NCBI GenBank assembly: GCA_016186765.1
Contig: JACPLD010000001.1
Span: 42,560 to 106,559, forward strand
Length of the DNA: 64,000 nt
Direction of reading: 5' to 3'
From: Candidatus Kaiserbacteria bacterium
Lineage (GTDB): Bacteria > Patescibacteriota > Minisyncoccia > Phycocordibacterales > UBA2100
A program made the position numbers and the translations under genes. Of this stretch, positions 55,585 through 64,000 are shown in pieces (the stretch's first letter is position 1; each line of letters starts with the position of its first letter). The notes under the pieces were generated by a model. That model did no database searches. It was not told the origin of the DNA and saw only the letters and a program-made list of their open reading frames with translations.

Positions 55585-55692
55585 AAGAATCCGGGGACTG
55601 TCCGGGTTTAGTGATCTTGCCTGCCGTGTGCAGACGTGGCATATTCAGTCGGGCAATAACATAGAGCAACAACATAGAACAGAGAGGATGAG

Positions 55693-56310
55693 ATGTTCAA
55701 CCCTGCCTTTTGGGGACAGGCGGCGGGACTTCTCAATCTTGCCGCCTTTGTTCCATACGTCTTGGCAATATTCGGATGGGGAATTGGACTGAACAGCCGA
55801 GTTCTCCGCCAAATTGAGCCGACAAAACCCAACAGAGCCACGTGGTTCATCTGGGCCTTCGTCGGAGCGGTAATGCTTCCCGCCTACTCCCAATCGGGAG
55901 CAGAGGAAACGATTTGGGTACCAGCTGCGTTGACAGCCGGACCCCTCATCGTGGCGCTGCTTTCGCTGAAGTGGGGAGAAGGAGGGTGGACGCGCTTCGA
56001 TCAAGCGTGCCTCGCTGGCGCCTGCGTGAGCGTTGCCATGTGGTACATCACCGGATCACCCATCGTTGGACTTCTGTTCATTCTAGCGACGGACGGGTTC
56101 GGTGCGCTAGCGACGATACGCCACGCGTATCGTCGTCCCGAGGAGGAAAACCGACTCGCATGGACACTCTTTCTCGTCGGCGACGTGGCCAACCTCCTTG
56201 CCGTGACCGACTGGTCGTGGTCGGCATTCCCAATCTGGTGTCTGCCCGTCGCACTGGTTGTGTACACGGCTCCCGTCACTATGCTTCTGTACGGGAAGAG
56301 AAAAACTTGA
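55693..56310 (+). CDS. hypothetical integral membrane protein
   Basis: Hydrophobic throughout; no family recognised. Confidence 0.5.
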   Translation: MFNPAFWGQAAGLLNLAAFVPYVLAIFGWGIGLNSRVLRQIEPTKPNRATWFIWAFVGAVMLPAYSQSGAEETIWVPAALTAGPLIVALLSLKWGEGGWTRFDQACLAGACVSVAMWYITGSPIVGLLFILATDGFGALATIRHAYRRPEEENRLAWTLFLVGDVANLLAVTDWSWSAFPIWCLPVALVVYTAPVTMLLYGKRKT

Positions 56311-56341
56311 CCCGCTGGCGTGGAATCCAGCGGGTCATTTC

Positions 56342-56863
56342 TTAATCGCGTGCGCATAGCACGAGCATGCAGAGCGCAACTGCGCTCACCCACACGTCAC
56401 CTCCTGGATGCCGTATGGATGCTGCGGCAGCTTCGATGTTCTCGAGCTCGAGGTCGGCGATCTTGCAGCCGAACTTGACCTCAAACATTTCTCTCGCGAG
56501 CCACTGCGCAGTTCGCGCGGCATCTTCCCTGCTCGACGCATGGCCGTGGTATTCCGAAAGATACCCGGCGCGATTTGGATCCTTCGGCTTCACGACGCCG
56601 ACCGAAGCCGACGCCCACCTGTCGGGCACGTCGGTATCTTCACGAGCCATCACGCAAAACGTGATGGCACCGAGCTTCAGCATAGCGAAGCCCTCTCCCG
56701 GCGTGATGATTTTGCATCCCGCCGGCAAAATGCTGGAAACCGCGACAAGGTTGTGCGCGATCGGACCAGCATTGAGAAGCGCATTTTCGAAGGCGTGCAG
56801 CCGGTTTAGATGTGTCCCGGTGCCAGCCACGAAAAAAGCATATTGCGGCACGAGGTTCATCAC
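56342..56863 (-). CDS. pdaD: pyruvoyl-dependent arginine decarboxylase
   Basis: PdaD family with the self-cleavage region NLVAVSSILPAG (Ser-Ser site), ~170 aa. Confidence 0.7.
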   Translation of the reverse strand: MMNLVPQYAFFVAGTGTHLNRLHAFENALLNAGPIAHNLVAVSSILPAGCKIITPGEGFAMLKLGAITFCVMAREDTDVPDRWASASVGVVKPKDPNRAGYLSEYHGHASSREDAARTAQWLAREMFEVKFGCKIADLELENIEAAAASIRHPGGDVWVSAVALCMLVLCARD

Positions 56864-56947
56864 GAGCCTCCTTCTTGCTTGACCCTGTGATCGCTCGACT
56901 CTTTCTGCTTGGCAGTGAACGTGCGAGCCGTGCGTACTATACAGGTA

Positions 56948-58684
56948 TTAAGTCAGTTTGCCAGTCTTCTTGCCTACGAGATAATCACCGAGTGCGAGGT
57001 AATCTATTTCAGTGTGCTGAAAGGTTCTTATTGCGTCCCCGGGAGTGCAAACGATTGGTTCGTTATCGTTGAATGAGGTGTTCAAGACGATGGGGACTCC
57101 GGTCAATTTGTAGAATCGGCTAATTAGTTTGTGGTAGAGAGAATTTGTCTTCCTATCCACAAGCTGGGCCCGTGCAGTGCCGTCGACGTGCGTAACAGCG
57201 GGGATTCGATTCTTTTTATTTGCCTTCACATCAAAGTTGATAATCATGAACTCGGAGGAAAGGGAACGTGATTTCTTCGAGATTGAAAACCATGTACGGG
57301 CTTTCTCCGCAAGAACACTCGGTGCGAATGGACGAAACGGCTCGCGCCGTTTGATCCGCTCGTTCAATATCATTTTCATGTCGGGCCACCTCGGATCCGC
57401 AAGGAGAGAACGGTTCCCGAGAGCACGCGGACCCCATTCGACCCGGCCCTGAAACCATCCGATGATGTGTCCCTCAGCAAGACGAGAAGCAACTTCCTTT
57501 GTGATGTCTTTCATCTTCTTATAGTTTGTTACTCTCGCTCTTTTTAGTGCCCGTCGAATATCAGCGTCAGAAAACCGTGGACCCCAATAGGGATGTCGTA
57601 AGACGAAATTCCGCTTTTTGCCAAGCACACTGTTCCAAATGTAGTATGCGGCGCCAAGCGCCGTACCGGCATCGTTTGCGGCAGGCTGAATGTAGAGACG
57701 CTTGAACAATCCGCTCCTCGCAAGAAGGCCATTAGACACGCAGTTCAACGCGACCCCCCCGGCAAGGCACAAATTTTCCGATTTCGTCTTCTGCCTCAAG
57801 AAGCGCGCGACGTGGAGCACCACATCGTCTGTAACCTTTTGGAGCGCGGCAGCGATATCCTCTTGGTCGCGGCGGATGAGCGAGGGAGAGGTAATGCGCA
57901 AAACACCAAAGAGCTTCTCCAGCTGCGAAAAGTCGTCGACGCGCACCCGCAATATTTCATTGTCAACTATAAATTCACCATTGGGTCTCAAAGAAACGAT
58001 CCGCTGAAATGCCGGATAAAAACGATTTGTGTCTCCATATGCGGCAAGACCCATCACCTTTGAGGAATCATATTCCGTAAAGCCAAGGTATTTGGAAATC
58101 TTCTCCCAAAGAAAACCGATCGAGTGCGGATAGCCGATCTCTTTCAGGCGTTGAAGGTTTGTATCGACGCCGTGCCCCATCCATGTCGAGGTAAATTCGC
58201 CAATACCGTCCATCGAGAGCACGGCGGCTTCTCTAAAGGGCGACACCAAGAATGCACTCGCGGCGTGCGCCACATGGTGTGGAACCCACACGATCTTTCC
58301 ATTCATATTCTCGCGGGCAAGGCGATTCAAAAGCGTTGGGACCTTCCTGATTTTCGTGTAAAAGAGTTTCTCTCCCTTTTCAGAACCCCAGTCTCCCTCC
58401 ACGAAATATTTGTCCGCGTTGATGTTTTTGAGCCGATCCTCCGGCAGAAACGAAAGCCCGATGTGATCAACGTCCTTTAGCTCGATGCCTGCCGTCTTAA
58501 GGCAGAAGCGAATCGATTCGCGCGGAAGAACGTCGGGGTTGCTCACGAGCGCTTTTTTTCCGCGCTTGATGCGTGAAAACCGCTCTTCCTCGATGGCAGC
58601 CAGCAAGCGGCCGTTCTTTATGATGCAGGCCGAGAGTTCGTGATAGGCAAAATTGAGCCCTAAAATATAGCGGTGCCTATCCAT
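56948..58684 (-). CDS. carbamoyltransferase, NodU/CmcH (HypF-like) family
   Basis: N-terminal YILGLNFAYHELSACII (ASKHA-like Carbam_trans_N), HHVAHAASAF metal-binding motif, C-terminal carbamoyltransferase domain. Confidence 0.75.
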   Translation of the reverse strand: MDRHRYILGLNFAYHELSACIIKNGRLLAAIEEERFSRIKRGKKALVSNPDVLPRESIRFCLKTAGIELKDVDHIGLSFLPEDRLKNINADKYFVEGDWGSEKGEKLFYTKIRKVPTLLNRLARENMNGKIVWVPHHVAHAASAFLVSPFREAAVLSMDGIGEFTSTWMGHGVDTNLQRLKEIGYPHSIGFLWEKISKYLGFTEYDSSKVMGLAAYGDTNRFYPAFQRIVSLRPNGEFIVDNEILRVRVDDFSQLEKLFGVLRITSPSLIRRDQEDIAAALQKVTDDVVLHVARFLRQKTKSENLCLAGGVALNCVSNGLLARSGLFKRLYIQPAANDAGTALGAAYYIWNSVLGKKRNFVLRHPYWGPRFSDADIRRALKRARVTNYKKMKDITKEVASRLAEGHIIGWFQGRVEWGPRALGNRSLLADPRWPDMKMILNERIKRREPFRPFAPSVLAEKARTWFSISKKSRSLSSEFMIINFDVKANKKNRIPAVTHVDGTARAQLVDRKTNSLYHKLISRFYKLTGVPIVLNTSFNDNEPIVCTPGDAIRTFQHTEIDYLALGDYLVGKKTGKLT

Positions 58685-58754
58685 AGTGGAGCTTTGACGC
58701 CTTACAAGCGCACTTTATAATGATAGCAATAGGTAAGACGGATTCGCAAGAACC

Positions 58755-59579
58755 ATGAAGACGAACCTTACAATACGAGTTCTCGCACTAAATTACATCG
58801 CTGCGGTCGTCGTTACGCTCATTGTCCTCTTTTTTGGGTTGCGTGGGACACTCTGGAGTGACTTATATGGAGTTTTGTTCCTGGGATTTATTCCAGTGTT
58901 CGGGGGCATACATGGGATTACCTTGGCAAAGGCATGGGGTGGATTTCAAAGTGCAGTCGGAAGGGGCATTATGTTGCTGTCCCTCGGTCTGATTTCATGG
59001 GGGATAGGCACCTATATTTTCTCCGGCGTGTACAATTTTATCCTCAGCGTCGAAGTTCCATACCCATCACTCGCAGATGTGGGATACATACTTGCACTCC
59101 CTCTCTGGGCAGCTGCGATGATACAGCTCTCGCGCGCGACCGGTGCAAAATATGGTCTTCGAAAGGGAAGTGGTAAGATCGCATTGCTCGCAATTCCTAC
59201 AGTTGTCATACTTATCTCATACTATCTACTCGTGGTCGTCGCACGAGGTGGAGCAATTCCCACTTCAGATGAAGGACTTCTCAAGTTGTTCTTCGACCTC
59301 GCTTACCCAATAGGCGATGTTGTTATTCTCACGCTCGCAACGCTCGTGTACGGTCTCTCGTACAGCTACTTTGGAGGCATGTACAAAAAAGCCATTTACA
59401 CTATTCTCTTTGGGTTCGTGCTCATGTATGTTGCCGACTTCTCTTTTTCATATACAACAACCTTGGAAACCTGGTATCCTGGTGATTGGGTAGACCTTCT
59501 GTTCACCACCGCGGTTCTTACTCTTGCACTCGGTGTTGCAATGCTCGATCCTCGAGCCCAACCCCAAACGAGAACGTAA
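58755..59579 (+). CDS. hypothetical integral membrane protein (7-8 TM)
   Basis: Hydrophobic profile only. Confidence 0.5.
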   Translation: MKTNLTIRVLALNYIAAVVVTLIVLFFGLRGTLWSDLYGVLFLGFIPVFGGIHGITLAKAWGGFQSAVGRGIMLLSLGLISWGIGTYIFSGVYNFILSVEVPYPSLADVGYILALPLWAAAMIQLSRATGAKYGLRKGSGKIALLAIPTVVILISYYLLVVVARGGAIPTSDEGLLKLFFDLAYPIGDVVILTLATLVYGLSYSYFGGMYKKAIYTILFGFVLMYVADFSFSYTTTLETWYPGDWVDLLFTTAVLTLALGVAMLDPRAQPQTRT

Positions 59580-59585
59580 AAAACT

Positions 59586-59870
59586 ATGTCAATGCTTGAT
59601 ACAGTGGCAACAAAAATCATTCGCGAGCAGGAGCTCGTCATCGGCCCCCTCGCATGGAGCGAGGCGGCAAAAGTAGCGGGGATGCGAGTAGATCCAGCGC
59701 GAAGAGGAGTAACGATTTCAAATGGAGATCCAAAAGCAACCGTTGACCGGCTCGTCGGTCAATACGAGCGACTCTTTGGGCGTGCATCACAAGAGGTGTG
59801 CAAGGAAGCGGCGGCAAGTCTTATCACAAGTCTGGCAAAAACAGAGGTTCCGGTCAGTCTACTCGCATAG
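59586..59870 (+). CDS. hypothetical small protein
   Basis: 94-aa ORF between the membrane protein and the histidine kinase. Confidence 0.35.
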   Translation: MSMLDTVATKIIREQELVIGPLAWSEAAKVAGMRVDPARRGVTISNGDPKATVDRLVGQYERLFGRASQEVCKEAAASLITSLAKTEVPVSLLA

Positions 59871-59884
59871 GTTAGAATAGACCT

Positions 59885-60700
59885 ATGATGAGCGGCTCTC
59901 AAGCCAAAACGAAGAGCACTTCAGAGTACGAAGCCGAGCTCAAGGCCGCAAACGAGATCGTCTACAAACACTCGCTCGAGCTCGCACAGCTCACCAAACA
60001 GCTCGAACTCGCAAATAGAGAGCAGGAATCGCTCCTCCACTTCATCAGCCACGAAGTGAAGGGCTACCTCACGGAGAGCGAGGCAGGATTCGCCTCCATT
60101 GCTGAAGGTGACTACGGCGCAATTCCCGAGAAACTTCGGACGATGTCGAAAGAAGCGCTTGCGAACGTGCGACGCGGGGTTTCGACCGTGTTGGAAATAC
60201 TCGACGCATCGAACTTCAAAAAGGGAACCGTGCAATACGCAAAAAAGCCATTCGATCTCCGCAAAGCTATCACTGAAGTGGTCGGAGAACTAAAACCCCT
60301 TGCAGAAGAAAAGGACATAACGATCAATCTCGATATCGAGAAGGGTGAGTACGAATTCGTCGGAGACGAAGATAAGCTCCGCCGGCACGTGCTGCGCAAC
60401 CTCATAGATAATGCCATTAGGTACACTCTAGGGGGAGCGATAAACATTGAACTCACCGATGGTAAGGTTCTGCGTTTCAGCGTCAAAGATAATGGCGTCG
60501 GCATCACGCCGGAAGACATGAAAAATCTTTTTACCGAGGGCGGACACGGTAAAGATTCGATCAAGATAAATGTTCACTCCACAGGCTATGGGCTTTTTAT
60601 CGCGAAGCAGGTCGTCGAAGCTCACGGCGGGAAGATCTGGGCAGAATCGGAGGGGCAGGGGAAGGGCGCGACTTTCATCGTCGAATTCCCAACGAAGTAG
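59885..60700 (+). CDS. cytoplasmic sensor histidine kinase (HisKA plus HATPase_c, no TM or sensor domain)
   Basis: H-box LHFISHEVKG; N box LRNLIDNAIRYT; G boxes DNGVGI and GYGLFIAKQ. Confidence 0.8.
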   Translation: MMSGSQAKTKSTSEYEAELKAANEIVYKHSLELAQLTKQLELANREQESLLHFISHEVKGYLTESEAGFASIAEGDYGAIPEKLRTMSKEALANVRRGVSTVLEILDASNFKKGTVQYAKKPFDLRKAITEVVGELKPLAEEKDITINLDIEKGEYEFVGDEDKLRRHVLRNLIDNAIRYTLGGAINIELTDGKVLRFSVKDNGVGITPEDMKNLFTEGGHGKDSIKINVHSTGYGLFIAKQVVEAHGGKIWAESEGQGKGATFIVEFPTK

Positions 60701-60721
60701 GTTTTCTGCTATATTTATTCA

Positions 60722-61657
60722 ATGCAGAAGCTATTTACCGGTCTTCAGCCCTCGGGCTCGCTCCACATTGGCAACTATTTTGGCGCACTGAAACCGGCGG
60801 TTGAGATGTGCAAGGCCTACAACGGCATGCTCATGATCGCCGACTACCACGCGCTCACCACCCTTAAAGACCCGCGTGCGATGCGCGAGAACATCATGAG
60901 CGTTGTGAAGGATTACCTCGCCGCAGGCCTCGATCCTACGCGTACTACCATCTTCAAGCAATCCGACGTGCCGGAGCACACCGAACTTAGCTGGATTTTC
61001 CAATGCCTCGTCACCACTGCCTTCCTAGAACTCTCGCACGCGTACAAAGACAAAGTGGCAAAGGGACTCGAAGCAAACGCCGGCCTCTTCGCATATCCGA
61101 TACTCATGGCTGCCGACATCTTGCTCTACGACACGGATGTCGTCCCGGTAGGAGAGGATCAGCGGCAGCACCTCGAATATGCGCGCGAGACGGCCGCGAA
61201 GTTCAACAATACCTTCGGCCAGACATTCAAGGAACCAAAGGAGATGATCATAGAATCTGTCGCGGTCATTCCGGGTACGGATGGGAGAAAAATGAGCAAG
61301 AGTTACAACAACATCATCCCGCTCTTCGGCTCGAAGGACGAAATCGCGAAAGCCGTCATGTCGATTGTCACCGATTCGAAGGGCAAACGACCGGAAAACG
61401 TTTTTGCGATACACCGTGCATTCAAGCGCGAAGAGGAAATCGCGCCGCTGTATGAGAGGAGCAAAAGCAACTACAAAGCGATTAAAGAAGCGCTCATCGA
61501 GGACATCGAAGCCCTCATCGGCCCGATGCGTGCAAAACGCGATTCGATCTCCGATGATGACGCAAGACGCGTACTTGAGGGTGGCGGAGAGCGGGCTCGA
61601 AAGCGGGCGTCAAAGAAAATGCTCGATGTGCGGGAGAAAATCGGCGTCACCATATGA
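60722..61657 (+). CDS. trpS: tryptophan--tRNA ligase
   Basis: HIGH-type LHIGNY and KMSKS motifs, ~311 aa class Ic size. Confidence 0.8.
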   Translation: MQKLFTGLQPSGSLHIGNYFGALKPAVEMCKAYNGMLMIADYHALTTLKDPRAMRENIMSVVKDYLAAGLDPTRTTIFKQSDVPEHTELSWIFQCLVTTAFLELSHAYKDKVAKGLEANAGLFAYPILMAADILLYDTDVVPVGEDQRQHLEYARETAAKFNNTFGQTFKEPKEMIIESVAVIPGTDGRKMSKSYNNIIPLFGSKDEIAKAVMSIVTDSKGKRPENVFAIHRAFKREEEIAPLYERSKSNYKAIKEALIEDIEALIGPMRAKRDSISDDDARRVLEGGGERARKRASKKMLDVREKIGVTI

Positions 61658-62967
61658 GTGCGCGCACGCTCAATAGAGATCTGCCAAAGAACGTCGGGAG
61701 GGTAGCGACGGTCGCTGGTTGGGTGGAGGTTCGGCGTGACCACGGCAAATTGATTTTTCTCGACATCCGTGACCGCTCCGGCATCGTCCAAGTTGTTGTG
61801 ACGCCGAAGACAAAAGAGGTACTCAAGATTGCCGCAACGGTGCGCCCCCAGTGGGTCGTCGAGCTTGAGGGCGAGGTGAAGGAGCGTCCAGCGGACATGA
61901 AAACCCAGAAGCCGCTGGGCGACATCGAGCTGGTCGTCCAAAGAATCTCAATCCTCGCCCAGGCAGACGAGCTTCCTTTCGATCTTTCGACCGAACTCAA
62001 CCTCGATACGTATCTCGACCACCTTCCGCTCACGCTGCGCACAAAACGAGCTCGCGACATATTCACGCTCCAGGAAACCATCATCGAGGGCTTCCGCGAG
62101 GCACTCCGTGCACAGGAATTCCGAGAATTTCAAGCACCGACGCTCGTCGGCGGCGACGCCGAAGGCGGCGCAGCCGCGTTCAAGGTCGGGTACTATTACG
62201 ACAAGCACGCCTATCTTGCCACTTCTCCCCAGCTCTACAAGCAGATTATGGTCGGCGTCTACGAGAGGGTATTTTCTACACCAAAGGTGTTCCGCGGCGA
62301 GAAGCACGCGACGACGCGACACCTTTCCGAATACAGCTCGATGGACTTTGAAATGGGTTTTATCAACGATCACCTCGACGTCATGCGCGTTGTCGAGCAC
62401 GCGATGCGACACATCGTCGGACAGGTTGGAAAAATACACGGAGACCTCTTGAGACGCTTCTCGGTCGAGATGCCTGCGATGGCGTCAAGCATGCCATCCC
62501 TCAAACTCCGCGAAGCGCAAAAGATACTCGGCGTCGGTGAGACGCCGGACCTCGAGCCGGAGCACGAGCGCGAGATATGCGCGTGGGCGAGGAATGAGAA
62601 GAGTTCCGATTTTCTGTTCATTACGCACTACCCGGTAAAAAAGCGTCCCTTCTACACCTACGAAGACGAGGCAGATCCTGGCTATACCAAGAGTTTCGAT
62701 CTCTTGTTCCGCGGACTTGAGATCACAACCGGCGGCCAGCGGATCCATGAGTACAAGCTACTCGTCGAGCGGATTCGCGAGTGGAACCTCGATCCCGAGC
62801 AATTTTCTTATTACCTCCAAGCATTCAAGTATGGAATGCCGCCGCACGGCGGCTCAGCAACGGGCCTCGAGCGTCTCACCGCGCGTATGCTCGGCCTCGC
62901 GAACATAAAAGAGGCCACGCTCTTTCCGCGCGATCTCAACCGCATCGACACACAGCTCTCCAAATAG
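61654..62967 (+). CDS. aspS: aspartate--tRNA ligase, archaeal/type-2 short form (possibly non-discriminating); AsnRS not excluded
   Basis: N-terminal OB anticodon-binding domain (GWVEVRRDHGKLIFLDIRDRSG), class IIb motifs (FRGEKHATTRHLSEYSSMDFEM, GGSATGLERL), 437 aa. Confidence 0.6.
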   Translation: MSARTLNRDLPKNVGRVATVAGWVEVRRDHGKLIFLDIRDRSGIVQVVVTPKTKEVLKIAATVRPQWVVELEGEVKERPADMKTQKPLGDIELVVQRISILAQADELPFDLSTELNLDTYLDHLPLTLRTKRARDIFTLQETIIEGFREALRAQEFREFQAPTLVGGDAEGGAAAFKVGYYYDKHAYLATSPQLYKQIMVGVYERVFSTPKVFRGEKHATTRHLSEYSSMDFEMGFINDHLDVMRVVEHAMRHIVGQVGKIHGDLLRRFSVEMPAMASSMPSLKLREAQKILGVGETPDLEPEHEREICAWARNEKSSDFLFITHYPVKKRPFYTYEDEADPGYTKSFDLLFRGLEITTGGQRIHEYKLLVERIREWNLDPEQFSYYLQAFKYGMPPHGGSATGLERLTARMLGLANIKEATLFPRDLNRIDTQLSK

Positions 62968-62984
62968 GTGATACCATTTTCCAC

Positions 62985-63707
62985 ATGAGTAGGTTTTCGG
63001 TTGAAACCGCCGGCTTCTCGGGACCGCTTGAAGCACTTCTCAATCTCATTGAAGAGCGGAAGCTCTCTATCTCGCAAGTATCGCTCGCGGAGGTGACCGA
63101 TGCCTACCTTACCTACGTTGAAAAGCTCCCGCAGCTCCCTTTGGGAGAGACAGCGCAATTCGTCCTCGTCGCCTCAACGCTGCTCCTCATCAAATCTCGC
63201 ACCCTGCTGCCATCGCTTACGCTCACCGAAGAAGAACGCGAGAGTGTGCAGGAGCTTGAGCGAAGGTTGGCGCGCTACGCGCTCATTAGGAAAGCCGCGA
63301 GGAGCTTGCGCAAGGAGTGGGGAAAGCGCCCGCTCCTCTTCCCGAAGCACGCGCCGGAAACGCCGGCGGTCTTCAGCCCAGCAGAGACTTCCCTCGGCGC
63401 AATCGCGGAAGCGGCGCGAAGACTCGTGAGCATCCTTCCGAAGCCGGAGGAGCTCGCAAAAGCAGCCGTTGCGCCCGTGCTCGCGCTCGAAGACGTGATC
63501 ATCCACCTCAAGAAGCGACTCTCGTCGGCGATCATCGCTCGTTTTTCGGAGCTGACGCACTCGCGCGACAAGCATGAGACCATCGTCTATTTCTTAGCAA
63601 CACTCGAGCTCGTTCGCGCAGGTTCGATCTCCGTGACGCAGGAGCGTCTCTTCGCAGATATCACGCTTGAAGCCGAACATACTGGGGTCCCTCGCTATGG
63701 AACATGA
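62985..63707 (+). CDS. scpA: segregation and condensation protein A
   Basis: FSGPLEALLNLIEERKLSISQVSLAEVTDAYLTYVEK.. Confidence 0.8.
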   Translation: MSRFSVETAGFSGPLEALLNLIEERKLSISQVSLAEVTDAYLTYVEKLPQLPLGETAQFVLVASTLLLIKSRTLLPSLTLTEEERESVQELERRLARYALIRKAARSLRKEWGKRPLLFPKHAPETPAVFSPAETSLGAIAEAARRLVSILPKPEELAKAAVAPVLALEDVIIHLKKRLSSAIIARFSELTHSRDKHETIVYFLATLELVRAGSISVTQERLFADITLEAEHTGVPRYGT

Positions 63708-63740
63708 ATAGGTTATAGGGACTAGGTTCTAGGTTTTAGC

Positions 63741-64000
63741 ATGACCCAAAACGTAACAACTGAAGACTTGGCAAAGAGGGCAGCGGCATTCCTGTTTGCC
63801 GAGGGAGGGGAGATACCACGAAAGAAACTCGCCTCGCTCGTCAGCTGCAAGGAGGAGGCAGAACTAAAGAGCATACTCGGAAGCGTGAGGAATCGCCTGA
63901 AGGGAAGCGGGATTGGATTAATAGAAACAGATACAGCGGTCAGTCTCGCGGTTTCGGAAGATACCAGTGGTGTTGTGCAAGAGGCCTTGAAGCGCGAGCT
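63741..64000 (+). CDS. scpB: segregation and condensation protein B, N-terminal fragment (3' truncated by window edge)
   Basis: MTQNVTTEDLAKRAAAFLFAEGGEIPRKKLASLV.. typical ScpB start, following scpA. Confidence 0.6.
   Translation, partial: MTQNVTTEDLAKRAAAFLFAEGGEIPRKKLASLVSCKEEAELKSILGSVRNRLKGSGIGLIETDTAVSLAVSEDTSGVVQEALKRE

Overview
The window is a gene-dense bacterial chromosomal segment that looks GC-rich by eye and is mostly housekeeping genes. The reduced gene set is typical of a small-genome, possibly CPR/Patescibacteria-like, bacterium (inference only).

Gene content, in order: murB 3' end; cupin-type phosphoglucose isomerase; uvrA; carB and carA on the minus strand; a short uvrC; ddl; tRNA-Ala(TGC); then an accessory island of about 3.5 kb. 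After the island come envelope/membrane proteins and an S49 peptidase; tdh-kbl; a RelE/RHH toxin-antitoxin pair; a class I aldolase and glpX; an RRM protein; mpg, rmuC, rplU, recR, dnaB, mltG, mnmA; a nuclease/DNA-repair cluster (ATP-cone-nuclease fusion, mgtC, Cas4-like nuclease, MGMT, UDG); an M16 peptidase; alaS; the infA-rpmJ-rpsM-rpsK-rpsD-rpoA-rplQ and rplM-rpsI ribosomal clusters; grpE-dnaK-dnaJ; pdaD plus a NodU-like carbamoyltransferase; a cytoplasmic histidine kinase; trpS, aspS, scpA and partial scpB.

The most unusual structure sits directly at the 3' end of tRNA-Ala. It is an apparently AT-richer element that carries a large serine recombinase flanked by a perfect 133-bp inverted repeat. 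A second inverted-repeat pair flanks a membrane-anchored cargo ORF. Three junctions share the 5-bp core CCACC. They read as attL (tRNA|Q), attR (R|S) and an internal inverted attP-like copy (R|Q). A separate 18-bp direct repeat of the tRNA 3' end lies 153 bp beyond the element.

Two families of promoter-proximal inverted-repeat modules recur upstream of unrelated genes: AGCCACTAGCCA..TAGGGTTTAGGGTATA, and AACAGAGAACAG..CTGTTCACTGTTC.

No CRISPR array, rRNA or additional tRNA was recognised.
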